From positions 832,001-896,000 of the forward strand of contig CAVTTL010000001.1 in the NCBI GenBank assembly GCA_963737635.1: 64,000 bases of DNA. The letters are read 5' to 3'. This document shows positions 42,468-54,100 of the stretch, in pieces. The position numbers and the translations under genes are program-made. Under the pieces are notes generated by a model. It had not been told where the DNA came from, did no database searches, and saw nothing but the letters and a program-made list of their open reading frames with translations. The DNA comes from an uncultured Methanoregulaceae archaeon. Its GTDB lineage: Archaea; Halobacteriota; Methanomicrobia; Methanomicrobiales; Methanospirillaceae. Within the stretch, counting starts at the first letter, position 1, and every line of letters starts with the position of its first letter.

Positions 42468-42959
42468 ATGGATGACAAGGATCTTGAACTCCTCCGGATT
42501 CTTGAGGAGAACGGCCGGCTGTCTGCACAGGAAATCGGATCGATGACCAATCTTATACCGGCAGAAGTGGAAGCCCGTATCCGAACCCTTGAGGAGAACC
42601 GGATCATCCGCAAGTACACTACGGTCATCAACTGGGAGAAGGCGGGAAACGGAGAGGTTTCAGCTATTATCGAGCTGAAAGTGAGCCCTGAGCGTGATTT
42701 CGGATATGATCGGATTGCAGAGAGGCTTTCCCGATTCAGGCAAGTACGTACGCTTCGTCTGATCACCGGTACCTATGATCTCCAGGTAACCGTGAGCGGA
42801 AAGAATATGCAGGAAGTTTCCCGTTTTGTCTCCGAACACGTTGCCCCGATGGACCGTATCCGGGAAACAGCCACCCATATCATTATGAAATCTTACAAAG
42901 AGAATGGCAATACACTCTTTGAACAGCAGGAAACCGAACGCCTTCCCTATTCGTTCTGA
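42468..42959 (+). CDS. Lrp/AsnC family transcriptional regulator
   Basis: DDKDLELLRILEENGRLS HTH and LITGTYDL. Confidence 0.88.
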   Translation: MDDKDLELLRILEENGRLSAQEIGSMTNLIPAEVEARIRTLEENRIIRKYTTVINWEKAGNGEVSAIIELKVSPERDFGYDRIAERLSRFRQVRTLRLITGTYDLQVTVSGKNMQEVSRFVSEHVAPMDRIRETATHIIMKSYKENGNTLFEQQETERLPYSF

Positions 42960-42968
42960 GGTGGCTGG

Positions 42969-44126
42969 ATGCGAACTTTTGTCTCGGACCGTGCCCAGCA
43001 GATACCACCATCAGGAATCCGGAAATTTTTTGACTTGGCGCTCGCGATGAATGATGTTATCTCTCTCGGAGTCGGCGAACCCGATTTCAGGACCCCGTGG
43101 AACATCTGCGAGTCCGGTATCTATTCGGTCGAGCAGGGTGTGACTTCATATACGTCAAATCGGGGACTGCAGTCCCTCCGTGATGCGCTGGCAGTTCACC
43201 TTGCGAGCCGTTACCAGCTTCAGTACTCGGCGGACAATGAGATAATCATCACCACCGGGGTGTCAGAAGGCCTCGACATTGCCATCCGCGCCATCGTCGA
43301 TCCCGGGGATGAAGTCCTGATCGCCGAACCCAGTTATGTCTCCTACGCACCCTGCGTAACTCTTGCGGGAGGGGTCCCGGTGCCGGTGGAATGCACTGAA
43401 AGCGATCATTTCCGGCTTAATCCCGACGCACTTCAGGCAAAGATCACACCTAAAACAAAAGCCCTCATCATCAACTTCCCTAATAATCCAACGGGTGCCG
43501 TGATGAAAAAGGAGGATCTTGAGCCGATTGCCGACATCGTCACCGACCGGGATCTGATGCTTATCAGCGATGAAGTTTACTCAGAGCTCACTTACGAATC
43601 AAGTCATACCGTTGCAGCGGCCGTAAAGGATCTCTGGGAACGAACGATCACGCTCAACGGGTTTTCAAAGGCCTATGCGATGACCGGTTGGCGGGTGGGC
43701 TTTCTCTGTGCCCCCAAAGAGATTTGCGACGCAGCATTGAAGATCCACCAGTATGTCATGCTCTGTGCGCCGGTAATGGGGCAGATAGGCGCCCTTGAGG
43801 CCCTCCGTTCAGCAGAAGATGAAAAGACCAGTATGGTCAATGAGTACAGGCTCCGGCGCAATATGTTTGTCGCCGGCCTCAACAGGATCGGGCTCTCCTG
43901 CCATGTTCCCGAAGGAGCATTTTATGCGTTCCCTTCAGTAAAAGGAACCGGGCTTTCCGATGTGGAATTTGCTGAGCGGCTGCTCAGGGAGCAACGGGTT
44001 GCCGTTGTTCCGGGCAGCGTATTTGGCGCCGGTGGGAATTATCATCTTCGCTGCGCGTATGCAGTCTCCCGACAGGAACTGACCGAAGCTATGGCCAGGA
44101 TGGAAACTTTCATTAATGGTTTGTAA
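42969..44126 (+). CDS. Class I/II PLP aminotransferase
   Basis: LGVGEPDF, NFPNNPTG, SDEVY, GFSKAYAMTGWRVG and GAFY. Confidence 0.92.
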   Translation: MRTFVSDRAQQIPPSGIRKFFDLALAMNDVISLGVGEPDFRTPWNICESGIYSVEQGVTSYTSNRGLQSLRDALAVHLASRYQLQYSADNEIIITTGVSEGLDIAIRAIVDPGDEVLIAEPSYVSYAPCVTLAGGVPVPVECTESDHFRLNPDALQAKITPKTKALIINFPNNPTGAVMKKEDLEPIADIVTDRDLMLISDEVYSELTYESSHTVAAAVKDLWERTITLNGFSKAYAMTGWRVGFLCAPKEICDAALKIHQYVMLCAPVMGQIGALEALRSAEDEKTSMVNEYRLRRNMFVAGLNRIGLSCHVPEGAFYAFPSVKGTGLSDVEFAERLLREQRVAVVPGSVFGAGGNYHLRCAYAVSRQELTEAMARMETFINGL

Positions 44127-44265
44127 CTATCTTCAGCAAACTGCCCTGTGCTTAGTGACAGGTACCTACCTGACAATCTGGGGAGCCACAATCCCGGTTC
44201 CCGCTGTTTTTATACTTCAGAGCAGACTTTATTGCCAAACCCGGCCTACACTACATGATATTCCA

Positions 44266-45279
44266 ATGAGTTGCACAGTTATCGTAGGTGGCTTTTTTGG
44301 GGATGAGGGGAAGGGCAAGATCGTTGCCCACATCGCTTATGCAGATGAACCTGTCATCATCTCCCGCGGCGGTGTCGGCCCGAATGCCGGGCACACCGTG
44401 AAGGTGGGGGACCATGAATATGGTGTACGGATGGTGCCCTCCGGGTTTGTCTATAAAAAAGCCAAACTTTGTATTGGTAGCGGGGTACTTGTCGATCCCA
44501 GAGTCCTCAAGCATGAGGTTGAAACACTGGGTGTGAGAGGAAGGGTCTTTGTAGACAGACGCTGCGGTATCATCACCGAAGATCATATCGCTAGGGATAA
44601 GGGCAGCGCCCACCTTTCAAAGAAGATTGGAAGCACCGGCTCTGGCTGTGGTCCCGCAAATGCTGACAGGGTTATGCGGATCTCCCCGCAGGCAAAGGAT
44701 GTACCGGAACTTGCCGAGTACCTCCTGGATGTTCCACTTGCCATCAACGATGCCCTCAAATGCGGCAGGACTGTTCTTCTGGAGGGTACCCAGGGTTTTG
44801 GGATTTCGCTCTATTATGGCACCTATCCGTTTGTTACCAGTAAGGACACGTCTGCGTCACAAATTGCAGCTGACAATGGTGTCGGGCCGACGAAAATCGA
44901 CGATGTGATCGTTGTCTTCAAGGCATATCCTACCCGGGTAGGTGAAGGCCCGTTTTCGACAGAAATGACGACGGAGAAGTCGGATGCAATGGGTATTCAG
45001 GAGTTCGGTACCGTCACCCACCGGAAGCGCCGGGTTGGTTGCTGGGATGGCGAGATGGCCCGCTATTCAGCCATGATCAATGGCTGTACGCAGGCAGCGA
45101 TTACGGGTATCGACCGGGTTGATGAGGCCTGTTTTGGACTTACCGAGTACAGCAAGCTCACCAAAAAGGCAAGGGATTTCTTAAAGACCGCGGAAGATGA
45201 TATCGGCTGTCCCATCACCCTCATCTCTACTGGCCCAGAGATCTCCCAGATCATCGATATCAGGAAAGAATACGCATGA
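44266..45279 (+). CDS. purA: Adenylosuccinate synthetase (short archaeal type)
   Basis: GGFFGDEGKGK, GPNAGHT, EGTQG, YPFVTS, TRVGEGP and EFGTVT. Confidence 0.95.
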   Translation: MSCTVIVGGFFGDEGKGKIVAHIAYADEPVIISRGGVGPNAGHTVKVGDHEYGVRMVPSGFVYKKAKLCIGSGVLVDPRVLKHEVETLGVRGRVFVDRRCGIITEDHIARDKGSAHLSKKIGSTGSGCGPANADRVMRISPQAKDVPELAEYLLDVPLAINDALKCGRTVLLEGTQGFGISLYYGTYPFVTSKDTSASQIAADNGVGPTKIDDVIVVFKAYPTRVGEGPFSTEMTTEKSDAMGIQEFGTVTHRKRRVGCWDGEMARYSAMINGCTQAAITGIDRVDEACFGLTEYSKLTKKARDFLKTAEDDIGCPITLISTGPEISQIIDIRKEYA

Positions 45280-45455
45280 AGCGTTCTCTCATGGACATCC
45301 TCTGCTGCCCTGTCTGCAAAGGTGATCTTGCGCTTCGCGTCGATGCAGAGAACGAAAAGGAGATCCTTGAGGGTAATCTGCACTGTGCCACTTGTGGTGT
45401 GGACTATCCTATTAGTGAAGGAATCCCCAACCTTCTTCCCCAGACCACACAATAA
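45276..45455 (+). CDS. trm112: Trm112 family methyltransferase activator (not in ORF track)
   Basis: MKRSLMDILCCPVCKGDL...LHCATCGVDYPISEGIPNLLP, 59 aa; ATGA overlap with the purA stop. Confidence 0.9.
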   Translation: MKRSLMDILCCPVCKGDLALRVDAENEKEILEGNLHCATCGVDYPISEGIPNLLPQTTQ

Positions 45456-45526
45456 CCGGTGATGGAATGTATCCCCTTTTGCCTGTCGGATTCTTGGCTG
45501 TTTTGGATAACCTTCGGGCAGAGGGG

Positions 45527-46042
45527 GTGACGACCGAGATACATCTCAACCGGTCGGGCATCAATACTATCGATATTCCACCTGAGAATGCACAGGTTGA
45601 GTGCGGGGGTCACCTAAAGATCCGGTTCAAAAACCGGGGTGCTCCCATCCATATCACGGCTACCACATCTAACGCCGGCATGTTTACCGATTTTTTCCAT
45701 GAAAACATGTATGTAATCGATGAAGTCATGCTTGGCATACCCTTACGGAAGGCATGTGCGCCGGGTTTTTTCGATATCGATATTATCGCCGGTTATGGTG
45801 CAATGAAAGCAACCCTTCGGGTCGAAGTTATCGTAAAACCCTCGTGGGAAGAAAAGTCATTGGAAAAAGAACTCTCCGTCCAGCCTGAAGCACATGGCCG
45901 GCCACACCTCCTGATGGTGGCGATGGCGATCGGTCTTGTCCTGTACTGCATCTGGTATTATACCCGGATCGAAATCTTCAACCTTGCGGCGTTCATTGCC
46001 CTGATTGTCGGTGCACTCTTCATATGGTACCGACAGACCTGA
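45527..46042 (+). CDS. Hypothetical protein with C-terminal transmembrane hairpin
   Basis: IHLNRSGINTI..NRGAPIHI soluble domain plus two C-terminal TM segments; GTG start assumed. Confidence 0.65.
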   Translation: MTTEIHLNRSGINTIDIPPENAQVECGGHLKIRFKNRGAPIHITATTSNAGMFTDFFHENMYVIDEVMLGIPLRKACAPGFFDIDIIAGYGAMKATLRVEVIVKPSWEEKSLEKELSVQPEAHGRPHLLMVAMAIGLVLYCIWYYTRIEIFNLAAFIALIVGALFIWYRQT

Positions 46043-46979
46043 TCCTTGCCTGTATCGTCCTTGTTCTGGCTCTCGCGGTTGACCGGTTGATCGGTGATCC
46101 GCAGTCGCCTTACCATCCGGTTGCACTCATAGGACGGTTCATCGGCTGGTGGGGCCAGCGGCTAGGTACCCTCCCTTTATCCAACGTGCCACAGGTATTC
46201 TCCTCTGGTTTATGACAATATGCATATTTGCACTCCCGTTTTTCCTGTTTGGCCGCTATGCACCGTGGTTCATTTACCTTATCTGCGCCCCGGTTCTCCT
46301 TAAGTGCTGTTTTGCCTGGCGTTCGCTTGAGGAGCATGCCCTGGGCGTCGTGGCCGCTTTAAAGATCGGTGTAAACGAGGGAAGAACTCACGTAAAGATG
46401 ATGGTCTCCCGGGACACTGCCAGTCTGGATCCCGAGCATATCCAGTCGGCCGCATACGAGTCTATGACCGAGAACCTTACCGACAGTATCATATCGCCAC
46501 TCTTTTATTTCGTGCTCCTCTCACCGTTTGGCATAGGGCTTGCCGGGTCTGCCGCGTTTCGTGCAGCAAATACGATGGATGCGATGCTCGGGTACAGAGA
46601 CGAGCGGGCACAGCTTGGCTGGTGCTCTGCACGAATGGACGATATCCTCAACTACCTCCCCGCCCGGATTACCGCTTTTTTTCTCATTATCTATTTTTTC
46701 ACAAAGGGCACCGGTGCCCGTGCATGGCGGGTGATGTTCAGGGACGGGAAGAATCGTCCGGGATTTAATGGGGGTCTTGTCATGGCGGCAATGGCCGGGG
46801 GATGCGGCGTTCGTTTTGAAAAGCCGGGGATTTACACCATCGGAGACGGCGGGCAGTCGTTTGATAGGGAGGGACCGGCAATCATTCGCGCAGTCCGGGC
46901 GGTTACTCTTGCATTTGCGGCAACTGCTGCCGGTACACTTATTTTATTGGCATGGCTGATCCATATTACTGGTATATGA
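46024..46979 (+). CDS. cbiB: Cobalamin biosynthesis protein CbiB/CobD (apparent frameshift near 46159)
   Basis: [45 protein letters not shown] and [10 protein letters not shown]. Confidence 0.9.
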
Positions 46980-47873
46980 AACTTGAAGAACTGAGATTTG
47001 GCACTGAGCTTCTCAAGCGCGGCTTTGCATCCATGCAGAAAGGAGGCGTGATCATGGATGTCGTCAATGCCGAGCAGGCAAGAATTGCCGAGACAGCCGG
47101 AGCCGTCGCAGTTATGTCGCTGGAACGGGTGCCTTCCGATATAAGGAAACAAGGAGGTGTCGCCCGGATGGCAGACCCTGAGAAGGTCAAGGAAATCATC
47201 GATGCAGTTTCGATCCCGGTCATGGGAAAGGTCAGGATCGGCCATTTCGTTGAAGCTCAGGGTACTCGAGGAGCTTGGCGTCGATATGATCGATGAGAGT
47301 GAAGTACTCACTCCTGCCGACGAAGAGTACCACATCGACAAGAAACAGTTCAAGGTCCCGTTTGTCTGCGGAGCACGAAACCTTGGTGAGGCGTTGCGCC
47401 GGGTGAATGAAGGTGCAGCAATGATCCGGACCAAGGGCGAGGCGGGAACAGGAAACATTGTCGAAGCGGTCCGCCATATGCGGGCGATTATGGGCGAGAT
47501 CCGCAAGGTGCAGGGAATGGACGACCAGGAGCGGATCAGCTATGCACGGACGATCGAGGCACCGGCGGAACTGGTCATCGAGTGCGCACAACGCGGCCGT
47601 CTGCCTGTCGTAAATTTCTCGGCCGGTGGCATAGCCACGCCATCGGATGCTGCGCTGATGATGCAGCTTGGGGCTGACGGCGTCTTTGTCGGGTCCGGGA
47701 TCTTCAAGTCCTCAAACCCAGAGAAGATGGCAAAGGCAATCGTGGAAGCGGTTAACCACTATAGCGATGCCGCCGTGATTGCACAGGTCAGCAGGGGACT
47801 TGGTGACGCAATGCCGGGTCTTGATGTCCATACACTCAAGCCCGATGAGGTGCTGCAGACCCGTGGACGTTAA
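46976..47873 (+). CDS. pdxS: PLP synthase lyase subunit (apparent frameshift near 47260)
   Basis: [43 protein letters not shown] and [10 protein letters not shown]. Confidence 0.94.
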
Positions 47874-48450
47874 GATCGGAGTTCTCGCGTTACAGGGCGA
47901 TGTGAGCGAACATATCGAAGCCTTTAAGGTAGCACTGCGCCTGCGGGGATGCGGTGAGGGTTCATCGGTTATTGAAGTCAGAAGCCCAGCAGATCTTGCC
48001 GGCTGCATGGCGCTTGCGATCCCGGGCGGAGAATCGACAACTATCTCCCGGCTCATCGATAAGAACGACCTTTTCGAACCGATCCGGACTTTCACGGGCG
48101 GAATATTTGCTACATGCGCCGGCATGATCCTCATGGCGACCGACGTTGGCGATTCCCGCGTGCACAGCCTTGGGCTTATGAACATGACTGTGGACCGGAA
48201 CGCGTTCGGGCGGCAGAAGGAATCGTTTGAAGTGGATATCCCGGTAAAAGGGCTTCCCGGACTATTTCATGCGATCTTCATCCGGGGACCGGTCGTGACA
48301 AAAGCCCGGGATGACGTGAGCGTTCTTGCCAGAGTCGATCAGGGAATCGTTGCCGTGGAGAAAGAAAGGTACATGGCCCTTGCATTCCACCCGGAGCTTG
48401 GCGGGGATTTCCGGCTCCACGAACGGTTTTTGCAGAACCTGGGAATATGA
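47863..48450 (+). CDS. pdxT: PLP synthase glutaminase subunit
   Basis: [28 protein letters not shown] and FHPEL. Confidence 0.94.
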   Translation: MDVKIGVLALQGDVSEHIEAFKVALRLRGCGEGSSVIEVRSPADLAGCMALAIPGGESTTISRLIDKNDLFEPIRTFTGGIFATCAGMILMATDVGDSRVHSLGLMNMTVDRNAFGRQKESFEVDIPVKGLPGLFHAIFIRGPVVTKARDDVSVLARVDQGIVAVEKERYMALAFHPELGGDFRLHERFLQNLGI

Positions 48451-49127
48451 CGCAAGATGCTGCAGAACTCAAAGAACAGGCCCGCCGGCTTGGGGCAGAT
48501 TTTGTCGGTATTGCTGATGCCACCGGATTCCTGAGCCCGGAATACACCGGGAACAGACCACAGGATTTCATGCCCGGGATCCGTTCGGTGATCGTCATTG
48601 GCGTAATGATCCCGAAGGGATGCATCCAGCCTCTTCCTAAAGGCAGGCCTGAGTATACCAATACTCTGATGGCAGGAACCGCGACCCTGCGTGTGATCGC
48701 ATTCCGCCTCGCCAGGGATCTGGAAAGACAGGGCTACGCTGCCGCTCTTGTTCCCTCCGAGGGCAGTGAATTCGGAATGTGGTACGCTGACCGGGAAACC
48801 CTCAGGGGGGATATTTCCCTGAAGTATGCCGCGTGGCTTGCCGGCCTTGGTACCTATGGTCTTAACCAGCTCCTCATGACCCAGGAGACCGGCCCCCGGA
48901 TCCGTATGACGGCGATTCTGACCGATACGCCGCTTTCCGCGGACCACCCCGTAGATATGTCCTTTATCAGGCTTGAGTGCGCCGGATGCCAAAGGTGTGT
49001 CAGAGCCTGCCCCGTCGGCGCGATTTCCCCCGATGGGACGTTCCGGCCCCAGGTCTGCCGGGATTATATGTTCTCAACGCTTGGCGGCCTGCGGTGCGGC
49101 ATGTGCATCCGGGTCTGCCCGCTTTAG
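48447..49127 (+). CDS. QueG/reductive-dehalogenase-like iron-sulfur protein
   Basis: LGADFVGIA, SLKYAAWLAGLGTYG, GPRIR, CAGCQRCVRACP and CGMCIRVCP. Confidence 0.78.
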   Translation: MTQDAAELKEQARRLGADFVGIADATGFLSPEYTGNRPQDFMPGIRSVIVIGVMIPKGCIQPLPKGRPEYTNTLMAGTATLRVIAFRLARDLERQGYAAALVPSEGSEFGMWYADRETLRGDISLKYAAWLAGLGTYGLNQLLMTQETGPRIRMTAILTDTPLSADHPVDMSFIRLECAGCQRCVRACPVGAISPDGTFRPQVCRDYMFSTLGGLRCGMCIRVCPL

Positions 49128-49168
49128 CACTCCCTTGCACATACTATGCTTATCAACCTGAGCGAGGT

Positions 49169-49485
49169 ATGTTCATGTTTGTGGCAAAAAGAGCCCCTAC
49201 CTTCACCATAATCCCGGATTGTCGCCGGAGAAATTGCTGGTGAAGCTCTCTGCTGCGATTGCAAACCACCATGATTTTGTCCTTACATGGGAGCCACAGC
49301 TTGGCGAAGCACCGGAGCCGGTTATCTACATCATGACCGGGAACCTGATCACGCCGTGCAGGCTGAATGGTCTCAGGGACCGGGCAAAGCTCTTTGAAGA
49401 TGAAGGAGCCCGGATTGTGATGTTTAAGAGTAGAACCGTTTCGGCCCGCCTAAAAAATGAGAGGGAATGTTTCAGGAACTTGTAG
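49169..49485 (+). CDS. Small hypothetical protein (apparent frameshift near 49218)
   Basis: ATG after GAGGT; two abutting frames join into about 105 aa; no recognised motif. Confidence 0.4.
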
Positions 49486-50794
49486 GATCTGCCATCTGCC
49501 CCGCAAAGAGAATCGTACCGGTATTGTTGTCCTGTATCAGGAAGAGGAACGGATGATCGGCCCGGAAGACCGGTACCGGTTCCTGAGACCCGGGAGCAAC
49601 CGCCATCATATTCATCACCGCTCCTGTAGCTGCGGCCGCCTCGGTCCCCTGCTCGTTAACTTCGATGTAAGCCTTATGGTACACGTCGTTGATGTACAGA
49701 TCCTGTGCCCCATCCATGCCGGAGAAATCTGCCGCGCTGGAGAATGCTGTTGGCATCCCCATCGCGCTGAGCATCTCCTTGAGGGAATACTGGGTCTCTA
49801 TCTTGAATTTCGGGAGATACACCATGACCCTCCGGGATGATGAGGATTGTTCCAGTACCGAAAGATTGACCGGATCGAGATACGATTCTGCTATGGAGAG
49901 ATTATTTCCTGTGGGGAGAAGGACAATCAAAGAAAGCCCCTGCCCGCTTGTTGTAGTATACGGCACGGAGAGCATCTGGAGATCTGGTGTTTCCACGTAG
50001 GGATAAACGGCATCCTCGTCGGTCTGTTGCATCATTCTCGTTGTAACCTGTGTACCGTCAGGCCTTGTGAACGTTGCATTGGTTGTCTGGTTGGCATCGA
50101 ATTGCTTCTGCCACGTACCCTTGAAATATACGGCGTTTGTAATCACAAGCCGGGTCGAAGAATCAATGCTGCCACTTGGAAGGAGATCCTGGATCTTGTT
50201 ATTGGTTTTCCCTGCTACCCAGTCATTGGTGGTCTGGCGTGAGGTGTCAGGCTGGCCGGCAAAATCGAGATTCGTTGTGTTGGCTCCGTAGAATTGTTGC
50301 GCGACACCGGTGTATCCGGGAAGGAAGGCAGACGTTTTTTCCGCCCAGAGAGCATTTGCCGTGCTCAGGGTGTAGCCGCCGTTCTGCTGATTGATACCCA
50401 CATTGATCGCGGCAAACCCCTCTCTGAGACTGGTCACATTCGATGGGAAATAAAAGACAGACCGAATCTCATCAGCGGTTGTCCCGCGGGCGCCCTCATA
50501 CGTGAGGGCGAGGGCGGATGAGATGGAAAATGGCGAAAAGAAGATATTGCCGCTTCCTGTCGCAGGCTCCTTTGCGATCTTGCGGTACAAGTCCGCCGCA
50601 AACTGATCGTTGGATGCAACAATACCAGTGCCTGAAGTAATGGAGGCAGCCGGTGTTTCTGGAGACGTCAGGTTTCCGCCTGCAGGCTTTTGAATTCCTG
50701 ATGCTCCAGGAGTTCCGGTGCATCCAGCAATAACTACTAGGAGAAGAATAAGTATTGGTGTAACAACAAGTACTTTCCATTGGCCGGATTTCAT
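49472..50794 (-). CDS. Serpin with lipoprotein signal peptide
   Basis: Lipobox VIAGC, NIFFSPFSIS, NAVYFKGTW, LPKF, hinge EQGTEAAAAT and FRADHPFLFLI. Confidence 0.93.
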   Translation of the reverse strand: MKSGQWKVLVVTPILILLLVVIAGCTGTPGASGIQKPAGGNLTSPETPAASITSGTGIVASNDQFAADLYRKIAKEPATGSGNIFFSPFSISSALALTYEGARGTTADEIRSVFYFPSNVTSLREGFAAINVGINQQNGGYTLSTANALWAEKTSAFLPGYTGVAQQFYGANTTNLDFAGQPDTSRQTTNDWVAGKTNNKIQDLLPSGSIDSSTRLVITNAVYFKGTWQKQFDANQTTNATFTRPDGTQVTTRMMQQTDEDAVYPYVETPDLQMLSVPYTTTSGQGLSLIVLLPTGNNLSIAESYLDPVNLSVLEQSSSSRRVMVYLPKFKIETQYSLKEMLSAMGMPTAFSSAADFSGMDGAQDLYINDVYHKAYIEVNEQGTEAAAATGAVMNMMAVAPGSQEPVPVFRADHPFLFLIQDNNTGTILFAGQMADPTSS

Positions 50795-51114
50795 GTCAGA
50801 GCATACGTGAACTGGCATGTTAAATTTGGTGTTAACTGCGGTTTTTTTCGCAGTTTTTTTAACACATCTAACATAAAAATATGTACCGACCAATTTCCGG
50901 AGGTTCTGATAAATTGTCAGATATTAATTGTGGGACTCTGCAGGAGAGATATGGACATGCACATACCAACAACCTCTATTTAAAAGGCATTATTGTATTT
51001 AAATCTCCTTTAAAACTATAAAATGGCTTATTTTAAAAACAGTAAGTTTATATTTAGAAGCAAGTCAATAAGCTTCATATGAGACGGTAATAAATTTAAA
51101 TCCAAGAGGGAATA

Positions 51115-54100
51115 ATGGGCGTTTTTGATCTATTTAAAAACAATAGTCCGGGCAACATTGAAAATAGTGATTTTGAGAACCTGATCAAGGCTCTCCAATC
51201 GGATGATCTCGCCCTCCTGCAAAAAGCGAGGGAAAATCTCCAGGCATTGGGTGACCCTGCCCTCGTTCCGCTTCTCCAGCACGCTCTTGTGGCAGATGAC
51301 AAGCTCCGGACGCAGATCCTCATCGTCGTCCAGGGACTATCCGGGGTCAGCCCTGCCGGAATTTACACCTGTATGAAAAATACCTGCCAAATGGAAGAAC
51401 AGGAAATTATCCGTTTTTTTGCGACACCAGGAAAGCATGCAATACCGGGCCTTTTGAAACTCTCGATCGAGAACGATCCGGACGCGAAATTGGTTGCCGT
51501 CAGTGCACTGGTTCAGATCGGTGAACCGGCAATTCCCCTTCTTACAAAAGCACTGTCTCACCGTTCGTATCGAATACGGTCATCTGCTGCCGAGGCTCTT
51601 ACCCGGATGAAGTGGGAGCCCGGATCCCATGATGAGTATATCCAGTACCTGGTTGCCGGTAAAAAATGGTCAGAGATTATCCGTTTGAAAAAAAATGCTG
51701 TGCCCCCGCTCGTCGGACTCCTCCAGGATAAATATTATGGCATCAGGAGGGATGTTGCAAAAGCGCTGGGAGCCACTGGCGATGCCCGTGCTGTGCTTCC
51801 GCTGATCGACCTTCTAGCCGATCCGGAGGATGATGTATGCATCAGTGCGGTTGAAGCCCTCGCACAGATTAACAACAAAACCGCCGTCCCTGCCCTTGTC
51901 AAGACCCTGAGCCACCCATCAAACTATGTCCGGCATATGGCCGGGACGGCCCTGTCTGAATTCGGATGGTCGCCATCTACAAACGAGGAAAAGGTCACGT
52001 TCCTTATTGCCTTAGAGCGATGGCAGGATCTCACACGGACAGGAAAGCCGGCGATACCGCAGCTGATCGGGATCATCGGGGACGCACACCAGGGGGTCCA
52101 GATCGGAGCCGTTACCGCACTGAAAGCCATGGGAAAACCGGGTATGGATGCTCTTCTTGCATTTTTCAACCAGGCTGACCCCTCCGTCCGTAAGATGATA
52201 ACGGATACTCTCAGTGCGACATCTGCCCCGGCACCCGGAAAACCAGAGGCGGTACCAAAGGAAACGGCCGCTGAAGCTCCTTCACTGCCGGAAAAAAATG
52301 GTGCCGTAAACCCGCTGCCAGGCGTGACAGGCGCCGGGTCAAAACTACCAGTTGGTCAGCACAAGGAGTTCCGTAAGTTTCCGGAACCGCAGAGTGGGGA
52401 GAGTACCCAGAAACATACCGCAATGAAAAGGCCGGACACCTACCAAGAATCGGATCCTGCAGCCCGTGCACCGGAGCAGGCGGCTCTAAAAAATCGTACG
52501 TTTGAAAGACCGGTGCCCACTACAGAGACACATTCTACCCGACATGAGCGGCAGCCAGATTTTTCCGCGCTCACACAAACCGCTGATAAGGAGGATACCA
52601 CAGAGGCGGAGCTTGCGTCTCTTATCCTCTCCCTAGGGAACAGCGATGAGAATATCCGGACTCTTGCGGTTGATGCCCTCGAAAGAATAGGCATCCCGGC
52701 AATCGACGCACTCAGTGGAGCGCTCCGGGATACCTCAATGGAGGTCCGGGTCGCGGCGGCGGAGGTTCTTGGACGGATCGGCAATGAACGAGCAGTCCGG
52801 CCGCTCATCGATGCCTTGAAGGATTCTGATGAGGAAGTACGGGCGGCAGCTGCACGGTCGCTGGGTGAGATCGGGGAATTTTCAGCATTTATACCGCTCA
52901 TACAAACCCTTAAGGACGGAGATCTCCAGGTGCGTCAGAATGCAGAAACGGCTCTTGTCGCGTTCGGCGATCAGGCGGTCGGGCCCATACGGAAACTGGC
53001 AGTCCATGAAAGCCCGTTGATCCGTGGCAGTTCGGCGACAATTCTCGGAAAGATCGGCGGTGTGGGGGTTGCCCAGGATCTGGAAACCTACCTCTCCGAT
53101 CCTGAAGAGACGGTCAGGATGAGGGCGTCAGTCGCTCTCGGGGAATTAGGATCAGGGGGGATCCCAGTGCTGGCGAGGATCCTGCAAACCAGAGATCCCG
53201 GGCTGAGGCTCTGTGCAGTGATAGGGCTCGGACATGCCGGCCCTGAAGCCAAAGAATACCTCGTGCTCGCTTGTAATGATGAGAGTCCGATAGTACGGGA
53301 GAGAGCCCGGGCATTTCTTGACGCTGGTAACGAGACCGTAATCTCATCGGCATACCTTCCGGGGCTGTCAGCCGTCACACCCGGCGTATTGCCGCAAAAC
53401 CCCTCAGTTCCGGCGAATCGCGCACTACCGGATCCACAGAAACTCATCCTGCTGCTGGTACACCCGGATAAGGATGTCCAGATCACAGCGGCACGGGATC
53501 TTGTCGGGTTGGGGGATCGTGCCGTCGATTCCCTTATCGGCGCACTCTCTCATGAAAGCATAGAGGTCCAGGCAAGTGCATCGGAGGTACTGGTTTCAAT
53601 GGGCCAGCCTGCAATCGATCCCTTGATCGCCGCCCTCGCATCTCCCCCTCTCAACAAACAAATGTGGGCAGCTCAGATCCTCGGCAAGATAAACGATCGC
53701 CGGGCAGTTCCCCATCTTATCGGCAAGCTTGACGTAGCGGAGCCTCGTTTACGGCAGACTATTTCAGAAGCGCTTGGATATATTGGCGATCCCGAAGCGA
53801 TTCCTCACCTCGTCCGGCTCTTGGATTATCCGGAGGAAACGGTGCAGATATCGGCTGCCCGTGCGCTTGGGTATCTCGGGCACACGGAGGCCGTACCAGG
53901 GCTAATCGGGGCATTAAACAATGAAGAGTACAATGTCCGGGAAATTGCTTCCGATGCGATTGTGGAGATCGGGGTTCCCGCGTTCCCTCACCTCGTACCG
54001 GCCCTTACATCTCCGTCACGGGAGATCAGGAATGGTGTCGCTGGCTGTCTCGACCGGCTCGGATGGAAGCCCCTTCAGGAAGAAGATGTGATTCATTACC

